Shown piece after piece: positions 27,298-35,568 of a stretch of 64,000 nucleotides of DNA (positions are counted from its first letter, which is position 1; the number at the start of each line of letters is the position of its first letter). The translations under genes and the position numbers were made by a program. This DNA is from an uncultured Bacteroidales bacterium (GTDB lineage Bacteria > Bacteroidota > Bacteroidia > Bacteroidales > UBA4181), in the NCBI GenBank assembly GCA_964349835.1, contig CAYGID010000002.1, positions 50,033-114,032 on the forward strand, in the 5' to 3' direction. A model generated the notes under the pieces. The model did not search any database and was not told the DNA's origin. It saw only the letters and a list, made by a program, of their open reading frames with translations.

Positions 27298-28752
27298 ATG
27301 AAATTTTCCATTCCTGTTCTTTTGTTTTTTGTATTGTTGCTCTTTTCCTGTACATCGAATCCCAAGCAACTTGCCGATGCCGACCTTCCCTCCGACTCGT
27401 TGGTTTGGTATCCGATGGCCGACTGGACGGTAGAAAGTGTTACAGCAACCGATACCCTTTCTGTAAGAGGCCCGCTAACCCTTCACGGAGAGACAGATAT
27501 GATGTTCTATGCCGGCGAACAGGAGTCAGGTTATTTCGATAATTTCGAACTCAAGGCCGAAGTAAAGAGCGCCGAAGGAGGAGCCGGGTCTTTGTGGGTT
27601 CACACGTCGCGGATGCGTACCGGGTACCAGATTCTTATAAATAACACCCCCAACCATCCCGATCGACGGAAAACCGGTAGCCTTGCCGGAATCCGAAATC
27701 TTTACAAATCTATGGGCAAAAACGATGAGTGGATTCCTCTACATATCCGGGTTGTCGGGAAGCAGATCGAGATACGAGTCGATACTATGCCAGTTGTACG
27801 TTATATGGAGCCTGAGAAGCCTTTTCGTCTGCAGGAACAGCGAAATATGCGGTTGAACGGTGGCCAGATAGCTATTCAAAACCAGAGCGGCGACGTAGCT
27901 TGGCGTAATATGCAGATTGCTCCTCTTTCGCGTAATATCCCCATAGACTCTGCCTTTCTTGCCCAAGATGAAACGAACGATTCGGTGATTCGATTTCAGC
28001 AGAGAAATTTTCCGCTTATCGACTATCATGTGCACCTGAAGGGGTGGGGTAAGGAGGAGGCACATGCCCGCAGCATGCAGGTTGGCATAGTGTATGGCAT
28101 TGCGCCTAACTGCGGTATCGGTTTCCCGGTTACCGACGATGCCGGGGTCTTTGCCTACCGCGACAGCACCCGACATATGCCCTTCTTCTTTGCCATGCAG
28201 GGCGAAGGGAGAGAGTGGCCCACCACCTTCTCCGATTCGGCCCGCCACCAGTTTGATTATGTTTTTACCGATGCCATGACTTTTGTCGACCACAAAGGGC
28301 GTCGAACAAGACTTTGGTTAGCCGAAGAGACCTTTGTAGACATTCCCCGCGAGAAGTATATGGATCAGATTGTGGCGAATATTATCAAAGTTTTGAATGA
28401 TGAGCCCATCGACGTTTACGTAAATCCCACCTTTCTTCCCGATACCCTGGCTGCAGCCTACGACCAACTCTGGACGCCGGCTCGTATTACTAAGGTGGTA
28501 GATGCTCTTGTAAAGAATAAGATTGCTTTAGAAATTAACGCCCGGTATCGCATTCCCAGCGCCGCCTTTATCAAGGCCGCCAAAAAGAAGGGGGTAAAAT
28601 TTGCTTTCGGAACCAACAATGGCGACCCCAACATCGGGACGTTGGAGTACTGTATTGAGATGGTACACGCCTGTGGGCTGACCCCCGAGGATCTTTGGTT
28701 TCCCACAGATTCGAACCGGAAAGGGGAGGTGAAAAAAGTGGCCGGAAAGTAA
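27298..28752 (+). CDS. Lipoprotein with a DUF1080-like (concanavalin-type) N-terminal domain fused to a putative metal-dependent hydrolase-like C-terminal domain
   Basis: 484 aa with lipobox LLLFSC. The N-terminal half resembles DUF1080 (FELKAEVK...GGAGSLWVH...GYQILINN...IAIQNQSGDVAWRNMQI). The C-terminal half starts with IDYHVHLKGW, an HxH-type metal motif. Confidence 0.55.
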   Translation: MKFSIPVLLFFVLLLFSCTSNPKQLADADLPSDSLVWYPMADWTVESVTATDTLSVRGPLTLHGETDMMFYAGEQESGYFDNFELKAEVKSAEGGAGSLWVHTSRMRTGYQILINNTPNHPDRRKTGSLAGIRNLYKSMGKNDEWIPLHIRVVGKQIEIRVDTMPVVRYMEPEKPFRLQEQRNMRLNGGQIAIQNQSGDVAWRNMQIAPLSRNIPIDSAFLAQDETNDSVIRFQQRNFPLIDYHVHLKGWGKEEAHARSMQVGIVYGIAPNCGIGFPVTDDAGVFAYRDSTRHMPFFFAMQGEGREWPTTFSDSARHQFDYVFTDAMTFVDHKGRRTRLWLAEETFVDIPREKYMDQIVANIIKVLNDEPIDVYVNPTFLPDTLAAAYDQLWTPARITKVVDALVKNKIALEINARYRIPSAAFIKAAKKKGVKFAFGTNNGDPNIGTLEYCIEMVHACGLTPEDLWFPTDSNRKGEVKKVAGK

Positions 28753-28753
28753 A

Positions 28754-28788
28754 AAAGAGAAAGCTGCCTTTGGGGCAGCTTTCTCTTT
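28754..28788. terminator. Bidirectional hairpin terminator between the DUF1080-fusion gene and csp
   Basis: Perfect 15-bp stem AAAGAGAAAGCTGCC / GGCAGCTTTCTCTTT with a 5-nt loop, between convergent genes. Confidence 0.75.
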
Positions 28789-28832
28789 AGGGTGTAGTAG
28801 CGTTAAAACGAATCTTCAAAATATGATTTCAA

Positions 28833-29033
28833 TTATTCGGCTAATTTAACGTCAACGGCTTGGGGCCCTCTCTTACCATCGGTGATTTCGAAGGTAACTT
28901 CATCACCTTCCTGCAGAGACTTAAAACCATCTTTAGCGATTCCAGAGTAATGCACAAATACATCACCTTCTTCTGCTGTATGGATAAATCCATAACCTTT
29001 AGCAGAATCGAACCATTTTACTGTTCCTTTCAT
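28833..29033 (-). CDS. Cold-shock protein (CspA family)
   Basis: Trimmed to the ATG at 29033 ([17 protein letters not shown]...VFVHYS), giving 66 aa. Confidence 0.9.
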   Translation of the reverse strand: MKGTVKWFDSAKGYGFIHTAEEGDVFVHYSGIAKDGFKSLQEGDEVTFEITDGKRGPQAVDVKLAE

Positions 29034-29131
29034 GAGAAAAAAAATTAAATAATTAAAAAAAATGCATCGCAAAGATGATGTATTCCTTTCAGATAATCTA
29101 ATTTTTTAGTAATTTTTTTTGATGGCGAAAA

Positions 29132-29139
29132 TAATTTTG
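29132..29139 (+). promoter_or_regulatory. Candidate -7 box (TAATTTTG) upstream of slyD
   Basis: Matches TAnnTTTG, 47 nt upstream of the ATG at 29186. Confidence 0.35.
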
Positions 29140-29185
29140 AAAGCTCGGCCGAAAGCCGTTAATTTGCCGATCTAAACATTGATTT

Positions 29186-29764
29186 ATGGTGATTTCAGAC
29201 AAAAAAGTGGTATCGCTCTCCTATCAGTTACGCGAGAGTGATGCTTCGGGCGAAGTGATAGAGACAGTAACGGCCGAACGGCCGTTGGTTTTTATATACG
29301 GGGCAGGTAATCTGCTTCCGAAATTCGAGGAGCATATCTCCGGCCTCGCAATAGGCGATGATTTCTCTTTCCAACTCAAGGCAACCGATGCCTACGGTGA
29401 TGTTGAGGAAGATGCGGTAGTAAAGGTTCCCAAGTCGGCATTCGCCTCTTCCGATGGGGAGATTGATCCCGATCTGCTGGTGGTGGGCAATATGATTCCT
29501 ATGCTCGACCATCTGGGTAACCGGTTGGAGGGCGTGATCATTGAGATTGGCGATGATGCTGTTGTTATGGATTTTAACCATCCCTTAGCTGGCGATGATC
29601 TCTTCTTTACCGGAAAGGTTGTAGAAGTGCGCGACGCTTCGGCCGAAGAGTTGGCCAGGGGCCACGTCCATGGTGCTGTCGGCTGCCAGAGTGGCTGCGA
29701 TAGTGACTGCGACAGTGGTTGCAACAGCGGTGGCTGCAGCAGTTGCGGCTGCTCCGAAGAATAG
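29186..29764 (+). CDS. slyD: FKBP-type peptidyl-prolyl isomerase SlyD with a Cys-rich C-terminal tail
   Basis: 192 aa. FKBP plus insert-in-flap architecture (LSYQLRE...VMDFNHPLAGDDLFF). The tail is GCQSGCDSDCDSGCNSGGCSSCGCSEE. Confidence 0.85.
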   Translation: MVISDKKVVSLSYQLRESDASGEVIETVTAERPLVFIYGAGNLLPKFEEHISGLAIGDDFSFQLKATDAYGDVEEDAVVKVPKSAFASSDGEIDPDLLVVGNMIPMLDHLGNRLEGVIIEIGDDAVVMDFNHPLAGDDLFFTGKVVEVRDASAEELARGHVHGAVGCQSGCDSDCDSGCNSGGCSSCGCSEE

Positions 29765-29778
29765 CCCCAGACTCTCTA

Positions 29779-30399
29779 TTACTTTTTGACAGGTTGCCCT
29801 GCTACGGTTTTGTTATCGTCGCCTGCCACTGCATTTACCACTTCTTGCGATAGGTAGAATTGGTCGGGGTGCCTTGCGGTTACACCTACGTAGAACTTTT
29901 GCAGTTCGAAAAGATCTTTTTCGTAATTGCCGGTAGGGTAGAATTGCGGGCCCACTCCGATAACCCGTCTCTTAAAGTCGAAATAGGAGGGGAGAATGGG
30001 GACGCCGGCTTGCATTGCAATCTGGTAGAATCCTCTTTTCCAGTGTTTTGTCTTTTTTCGGGTGCCTTCGGGGGTGATGGTGAGAATCAACGATGAGCTA
30101 CTCTTGAAATTCTCCACAATCTGATCGACAAGACCTGCCGATTTTCCTCTATCAACCGGGAAAGCCCCGATACGCTTCAGAATCCACCCCAAAGGAAAAA
30201 AGAAGAGCTCTTTTTTTATCATCACTTTGGCATCGACCCGATTGGCATAGTAAAAGAGGCGCCCCACCACATAATCGTACATACTGGTATGCGGTGCCGA
30301 AATGACCACGATTTTAAGGTTCCGGAGGTCAGGCATTGTGCCTTCTACTCCCCACCCCCATGTTTTTAGCAGCCATTTGGCCAAAATGCTCATTAACAT
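29779..30399 (-). CDS. PlsC-family (lysophospholipid/glycerolipid) acyltransferase
   Basis: 206 aa with the HX4D motif (APHTSMYDY) and the PEGTR motif. Confidence 0.7.
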   Translation of the reverse strand: MLMSILAKWLLKTWGWGVEGTMPDLRNLKIVVISAPHTSMYDYVVGRLFYYANRVDAKVMIKKELFFFPLGWILKRIGAFPVDRGKSAGLVDQIVENFKSSSSLILTITPEGTRKKTKHWKRGFYQIAMQAGVPILPSYFDFKRRVIGVGPQFYPTGNYEKDLFELQKFYVGVTARHPDQFYLSQEVVNAVAGDDNKTVAGQPVKK

Positions 30400-30412
30400 A
30401 CTATATAATTGT

Positions 30413-30476
30413 TACATTGCTACATTGCTACATTGCTACATTGCTACATTGCTGCATTAGAGCATTTAATCATTAT
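30413..30476. repeat. Phased octamer array: 5 perfect TACATTGC units plus 3 degenerate nnCATTnn units
   Basis: TACATTGC x5 at 30413-30452, then TGCATTAG, AGCATTTA and ATCATTAT. The array fills most of the 66-bp gap between the relA-like stop and the acyltransferase start, and it contains the relA-like TAA stop codon. Confidence 0.85.
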
Positions 30477-32682
30477 ATCCTGAGCCCATCCGTGATACCT
30501 GGATGATTCCTTTGATTTTTTTCAGGCGGGTAATCAGATTGTCGAGATGTTTAATGTCGTTTACCAGTAGCGAAAGATTCCCTTCGAAGAGTTGGTCGGC
30601 TGTTCGAACATTGAGCGAACGCATACTCACCGAAGCATCTCTGCCCATTTCGTCGGTTATCCGGCTGAGAAGACCAATGTCGTTGCTGCCGGTGATAATG
30701 ATCTCGGCCGGGTAGAGCGCCTTTCCATCCGATTTTGCCCAACGAGTTTTCACCACACGATACCCAAATTTTTCCATTAGCTGTTTCGCATTCGGGCAGT
30801 TGGTTCGGTGAACTTTAATGCCGTCGTGAATGGTTACGAATCCGAAAATCGGATCGCCAAAGATGGGATTGCAGCAGGGTGATAGTTTGTAATTTACATT
30901 CGAGATATTTTCGTCGATCAGGAGATAGTCGCTTGCATGCTCGGGAATCGGTGATTTAACCAGGTTTATTACTGCCTGTTCGTCAATCCGTTCGGGTTGT
31001 TTTGCCATATCTTCCCGATCGGGCTTTTCAAGAAACAGCTCTTTCAGAATCAAGGGATCGACCTTCTCTTCTGCCACCAGACCATATACCTCGGTTACCG
31101 ATTTGGCTTTGAGATACTTCATCATCTTGAGCAGAGCGGCGTCGTCGAGCGCTATTTTCCAGTTTTTGAAACGACGCTGCAACTCCTCTTTGCCCAGTTC
31201 GGAGTTTTTTTTCTCCTCTTCACGCAAAAATGCTCTAATCCTCCCTTTGGCTTTTGAGGTTACCGCAACGGCCAGCCAATCTTTCTTGGGACGTTGCGAT
31301 TTCGATGTGAGAACCTCCACTTTATCGCCATTTTGCAATACATACCTGATGGGAACCACCTTGCCGTTTACTTTGGCTCCTGTGCAGGCCGCCCCAACTG
31401 CGGAGTGTACCTCAAAGGCGAAATCGAGAATGGTTGCTCCCACCGGAAGCTGTTTCAAGTCGCCGGTGGGGGTAAACACAAAGACCTCCTTGGCATAGAG
31501 GTTGAGTTTTACGTTGTCCATAAACGAGAGGGCATCGGGATCAGGTGTCTCCACCACCTCGCGAATCTTTGCCAGCCAGGTTTCCAACCCCTGGTCGGCA
31601 TGCCCGCCCTTGTATTTCCAGTGTGCCGCCAAACCCTTCTCTGCAATTTCGTTCATTCGGGCTGTGCGAATCTGCACCTCTACCCAGCGGCCGCCCGTCA
31701 TGACCACCGTGGTGTGCAGCGATTCGTACCCGTTACTTTTGGGAACCGAAATCCAGTCGCGCATCCTAAGCGGGTTGGGCTGATAGAAGTCGGTTACAAT
31801 GGAAAAGACCCGCCAGCAGTCCGATTTTTCGGTTTCGAGCGGAGCGTTGAGAATGATGCGGATGGCAAAGATGTCGAATACCTCCTCGAAATCTACACTC
31901 TGCTTTCGCATCTTGTTGTAAATAGAATAGATAGACTTCAGCCTGCCTTTGATTTCAAAATCGAAGCCCTGTCGGGTCAACTCTTCGCGAATGGGATGGA
32001 TGAATTCACGGATTACCCTGTTTCGGATTGAGGTAGTTTCGGCCAGTTTTCGTTCGATAGTGGCGTAGGCTTCGGGTTGCGTATATTTTAGCGCCAGATC
32101 TTCCAGTTCCGATTTGAGCGTATAAAGACCTAACCGATGGCCGAGGGGTGCGTAGAGTTGAAATGTCTCGAGCGAAAAGCGGTAGCGGGCATCGGCATCT
32201 GTTGCGCTTAATGTGCGCATGGAGTAGAGCCGTTCGGCCAGTTTAATAAGAATGACCCTGATATCCTCAACCACCGAGAGGAGCAGTTTACGGAAGTTCT
32301 CGCCCTGATTCTCGTTTTTTCGGGTCTCCATTTCGGTAATCAACGCCAGACTGGCCGATATTTCCGAAACTTTACTACCAAATTCTACCTCAATTTGGGC
32401 GCGATCAATCTGTTTGCAGGCAACCAGGGGGAATAGAATACAACTGACAATGGATGTGCTTCGCAACCCCAGCTCCGACGAGCAGATAATGGCAATTTCA
32501 AGGGCTCGGCCCACCATTTTTTCGCCATACGAGGTGTTACCCGCATGTTGCCAAACCAGATTGAAGGCTTTTCGGATGTATGTCGTTTCCTCCTGATTGA
32601 GGAAGGAGCGACTACTCTGTAACAAGCGTCGGTAGAGCCTGCTGAGCGACATCGGCACAATGATTTTAGCATCTCTCTGCAT
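30466..32682 (-). CDS. relA: RelA/SpoT-homologue (p)ppGpp synthetase, with an apparently degenerate hydrolase domain (RelA-like)
   Basis: 738 aa. Synthetase motifs are RLKSIYSIYNKM, ESLHTTV and EVQIRT...AAHWKYK, followed by a TGS domain and a C-terminal ACT-like domain. I could not see the canonical HD motif in the N-terminal region (...SCILFPLV instead of ..LLHD..). Confidence 0.9.
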   Translation of the reverse strand: MQRDAKIIVPMSLSRLYRRLLQSSRSFLNQEETTYIRKAFNLVWQHAGNTSYGEKMVGRALEIAIICSSELGLRSTSIVSCILFPLVACKQIDRAQIEVEFGSKVSEISASLALITEMETRKNENQGENFRKLLLSVVEDIRVILIKLAERLYSMRTLSATDADARYRFSLETFQLYAPLGHRLGLYTLKSELEDLALKYTQPEAYATIERKLAETTSIRNRVIREFIHPIREELTRQGFDFEIKGRLKSIYSIYNKMRKQSVDFEEVFDIFAIRIILNAPLETEKSDCWRVFSIVTDFYQPNPLRMRDWISVPKSNGYESLHTTVVMTGGRWVEVQIRTARMNEIAEKGLAAHWKYKGGHADQGLETWLAKIREVVETPDPDALSFMDNVKLNLYAKEVFVFTPTGDLKQLPVGATILDFAFEVHSAVGAACTGAKVNGKVVPIRYVLQNGDKVEVLTSKSQRPKKDWLAVAVTSKAKGRIRAFLREEEKKNSELGKEELQRRFKNWKIALDDAALLKMMKYLKAKSVTEVYGLVAEEKVDPLILKELFLEKPDREDMAKQPERIDEQAVINLVKSPIPEHASDYLLIDENISNVNYKLSPCCNPIFGDPIFGFVTIHDGIKVHRTNCPNAKQLMEKFGYRVVKTRWAKSDGKALYPAEIIITGSNDIGLLSRITDEMGRDASVSMRSLNVRTADQLFEGNLSLLVNDIKHLDNLITRLKKIKGIIQVSRMGSGYND

Positions 32683-32729
32683 AACACATACTCATTAAGT
32701 GAAGCGACACCTGATGTACCATAATCGCA

Positions 32730-32737
32730 CAAAAATA
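32730..32737 (-). promoter_or_regulatory. Candidate -7 box (TATTTTTG) upstream of the relA-like gene
   Basis: Matches TAnnTTTG on the minus strand, 48 nt upstream of the ATG at 32682. Confidence 0.35.
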
Positions 32738-32760
32738 GGCAAATAAGCTCTGAAAATAGC

Positions 32761-32768
32761 TACCTTTG
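32761..32768 (+). promoter_or_regulatory. Candidate -7 box (TACCTTTG) upstream of rarA
   Basis: Matches TAnnTTTG, 29 nt upstream of the ATG at 32797. Confidence 0.35.
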
Positions 32769-32796
32769 GTGCGCAAACCTTCATGCAAAAACAGAA

Positions 32797-34113
32797 ATGA
32801 ATCAACCTCTGGCCGATAGGATGCGCCCCACTTCGCTCGACAATTACGCCGGTCAGAAGCATCTGGTTGGCGAGAAGGGGGTGTTGCGGCAGATGATTGT
32901 TTCGGAACGACTGCAGTCGTTCATTCTCTGGGGTCCTCCGGGTGTAGGGAAAACCACACTTGCCCAAATTGTTGCTTCGTCGCTTAACAGACCCTTTTTC
33001 GCACTGAGCGCTGTGCATTCGGGAGTGAAGGATGTACGCGACACCATAGAAAAGGCAAAGCAGCTGCAATATTTCGACAAGCCCAATCCGCTCCTCTTTA
33101 TCGACGAAATTCACAGATTCAGCAAATCTCAGCAGGACTCCCTGTTGGGTGCCGTCGAAAAAGGGATTGTAACCCTCATCGGGGCAACCACCGAGAATCC
33201 CTCTTTTGAGGTGATTGCTCCCCTTCTGTCGCGCTGTCAGGTCTATGTATTGCAACCCCTGGAGGAGGTCGATCTATTGGAGATCGTGGACCGGGCCCTG
33301 CGCACCGATACGCTGATGCAGCAGTACCGGGTTGAGGTAAAGGAGTATGATGCTCTGCTTCGCTATTCGGGCGGCGATGCTCGCAAGTTGCTGAACCTGT
33401 TGGAACTGGTGGTTACCCAAGAGGGTCTTTCGCAGGAGGGCGATTCCGACAAACAGGTAACAGCCGGAGGTCGTGCCATCGAGCTGACCAATAGCCTGGT
33501 TATGGATCGGTTGCAGAAGAACCTTTCGCTTTATGATAAGGATGGCGAACAGCACTACGACCTTATTTCGGCCTTTATTAAGTCGGTAAGAGGAAGTGAC
33601 CCCAACGCGGCTGTCTACTATCTTGCCCGCATCCTCCACGGGGGCGAGGATCCCCTCTTTGTGGCTCGCCGTCTCGTTATTCTGGCAGCCGAAGATATCG
33701 GACTGGCCAATCCCAATGCACTTCTCTTGGCCAACAGCTGCTTTCAGGCGGTTCATCAGATCGGAATGCCCGAAGCCCGCATCCCTCTGGCAGAGGCCAC
33801 GCTCTACCTGGCCACCTCTCCCAAAAGCAATTCGGCCTACCTGGCCATTGATCATGCCATGCGAATTGTTGAGGAAACCGGTAATTTGCCGGTGCCACTC
33901 CAGTTGCGCAATGCCCCCACCTCTTTGATGAAGAAACTGGGATACGGGCACGACTACAAGTACGCGCACGACTACCCGCTCAATTTTGTGGAGCAGGAGT
34001 TTCTGCCCGATGCTCTTTCGGGCCGGGCTTTCTACACTCCTCAATCGAATGCCCGTGAAAAGGAGACCACCGAATTTCTTCGGAGACGGTGGCTAAAAAA
34101 ATATGGTTATTAA
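32797..34113 (+). CDS. rarA: Replication-associated recombination protein A (AAA+ ATPase)
   Basis: 438 aa. Contains GPPGVGKTTLA, DEIHRF, and the C-terminal MgsA-type helical domain. Confidence 0.9.
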   Translation: MNQPLADRMRPTSLDNYAGQKHLVGEKGVLRQMIVSERLQSFILWGPPGVGKTTLAQIVASSLNRPFFALSAVHSGVKDVRDTIEKAKQLQYFDKPNPLLFIDEIHRFSKSQQDSLLGAVEKGIVTLIGATTENPSFEVIAPLLSRCQVYVLQPLEEVDLLEIVDRALRTDTLMQQYRVEVKEYDALLRYSGGDARKLLNLLELVVTQEGLSQEGDSDKQVTAGGRAIELTNSLVMDRLQKNLSLYDKDGEQHYDLISAFIKSVRGSDPNAAVYYLARILHGGEDPLFVARRLVILAAEDIGLANPNALLLANSCFQAVHQIGMPEARIPLAEATLYLATSPKSNSAYLAIDHAMRIVEETGNLPVPLQLRNAPTSLMKKLGYGHDYKYAHDYPLNFVEQEFLPDALSGRAFYTPQSNAREKETTEFLRRRWLKKYGY

Positions 34114-34130
34114 CAGTCAACCCCTTTGCG

Positions 34131-34946
34131 ATGTATAACATTCCTTTCCTTAGTACTTATCCCTCGAACAACTTTTTTCTGTTGGCCGGTCCCTGTGTAT
34201 GCGAGGGCGAAGCAATCACCTTTTCTATTGCCCGGGAGTTAAAGCAGATTACCTCCGATCTGGAAATTCCTTTTATTTTTAAGGCCTCTTATCGAAAGGC
34301 AAACCGATCGCGGCTCGACTCTTTTACAGGAATTGGCGATATAGAGGCCCTTCAAATTCTGGCTCGAATCCGCGAGGAGCTGAAGGTGCCTGTGGTTACC
34401 GATATTCATTCGGAGGCCGAAGCTGCAATGGCTGCTCCCTATGTTGATGTCTTGCAGATTCCGGCCTTTTTGTGCCGTCAGACCGATCTTTTGATGGCTG
34501 CAGCGGCCACCGGGAAGGTGGTGAACATTAAAAAAGGACAGTTTCTGGCTCCCGAAGCCATGCGTTTTGCCGCCGAAAAGGTGGCGGCGATTAATCCCCG
34601 GGTGATTCTCACCGAAAGAGGAACCACCTTTGGGTATCAGGATTTGTTGGTCGATTTTAGAAGTATTCCTCTGATGCAGAACATCGGATATCCGGTGGTA
34701 CTCGATATTACCCATTCGCTGCAGCAACCGAACCAAGTTTCGGGTGTTACCGGAGGATTGCCTCAATTGATTGAAACACTGGCTCGTGCGGGGGTTGCAG
34801 CCGGTGTCGACGGACTTTTCATGGAGACCCATCCCGACCCCTCCTCGGCAAAGTCGGACGGTGCCAATATGTTGCCCCTTTCCGAGGCCAGGGCTCTTCT
34901 GAAGCGGTTGGTTGCCATCCGGCAGGCCGTTAAGGGTTTTTCTTGA
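34131..34946 (+). CDS. kdsA: 3-deoxy-8-phosphooctulonate (KDO-8-P) synthase
   Basis: Trimmed to the ATG at 34131. Contains LLAGPCVCE, FKASYRKANRS and VLDITHSLQ. Confidence 0.9.
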   Translation: MYNIPFLSTYPSNNFFLLAGPCVCEGEAITFSIARELKQITSDLEIPFIFKASYRKANRSRLDSFTGIGDIEALQILARIREELKVPVVTDIHSEAEAAMAAPYVDVLQIPAFLCRQTDLLMAAAATGKVVNIKKGQFLAPEAMRFAAEKVAAINPRVILTERGTTFGYQDLLVDFRSIPLMQNIGYPVVLDITHSLQQPNQVSGVTGGLPQLIETLARAGVAAGVDGLFMETHPDPSSAKSDGANMLPLSEARALLKRLVAIRQAVKGFS

Positions 34947-35088
34947 TTTTTTTTCGAAAAATGTGCTTTGAAATCTGCTCAAATTGTATTTACATTGCCG
35001 CGAATTTTGGATGGGGACGTGATGACGCGCCCACTTTTCGGTAATCAGCGGGGGGTCCCCCTTAAATATTGTCTAACCAGCATTTCGA

Positions 35089-35421
35089 ATGAACACAAAA
35101 AGAAGGATCGTAATCAGTTACAAAAATTGCTCTCAGGAGATTCTCAATGAGATAAAGGCGCAATATCCTGCCGGCTATAATGATCATGTAATCAAAGTGA
35201 CCAAGCCCAACCAGGAGTTTTTTTACGCCATCACTCTCGACACGCCTGACACCACCTACCTTATTAAAGTAGATGTGAAGATTGATAATCTAACCGAAGA
35301 GGAGTTCGAAAAGGAGTTTGGCGACAATGATTCCGGAAGCGAAGACACCACCTTTGGTGCCGATCCTGAGGAGGATGCCATCGAACCTATTGAGACAGGA
35401 GATGCCGGATTTGAAGATTAG
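35089..35421 (+). CDS. Small hypothetical protein with a highly acidic C-terminal tail
   Basis: 110-aa ORF followed by a clean hairpin terminator. No motif recognised. Confidence 0.45.
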   Translation: MNTKRRIVISYKNCSQEILNEIKAQYPAGYNDHVIKVTKPNQEFFYAITLDTPDTTYLIKVDVKIDNLTEEEFEKEFGDNDSGSEDTTFGADPEEDAIEPIETGDAGFED

Positions 35422-35446
35422 CTTTTCGGGTGTCTTATCCTGACAA

Positions 35447-35480
35447 AAAAGGCTGTTGATAACTTCAACAGCCTTTTCTT
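35447..35480 (+). terminator. Intrinsic terminator after the small acidic protein gene
   Basis: AAAAGGCTGTTGA-(5 nt)-TCAACAGCCTTTT followed by CTT. Confidence 0.7.
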
Positions 35481-35502
35481 GTTAATAGATAAGCAGAAAC
35501 CT

Positions 35503-35510
35503 TAATTTTG
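35503..35510 (+). promoter_or_regulatory. Candidate -7 box (TAATTTTG) upstream of guaA
   Basis: Matches TAnnTTTG, 59 nt upstream of the ATG at 35569 and just after the upstream terminator. Confidence 0.4.
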
Positions 35511-35568
35511 CCGTAAATCATTTCAACGTTTACCCATTAATCACAACAACGTTTACTCAACTATACCG

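Noticed and set aside
30413-30476. CRISPR-like interpretation of the short tandem repeats here and at 23551, 47120, 56522 and 50322.
   Set aside because: The units are 8 bp with no spacers, or two ~100-bp units at 50322. There are no cas genes, so the structure is incompatible with CRISPR arrays.
32695-34982. Long antisense ORFs opposite rarA and kdsA: 32695-33255 (186 aa), 33274-34044 (256 aa) and 34239-34982 (247 aa), all on the minus strand.
   Set aside because: They lie entirely inside well-supported sense genes with clear family motifs. Their translations are Arg/Gly/Gln-rich low-information sequence with no motifs. They are typical shadow ORFs in ~50% GC DNA.
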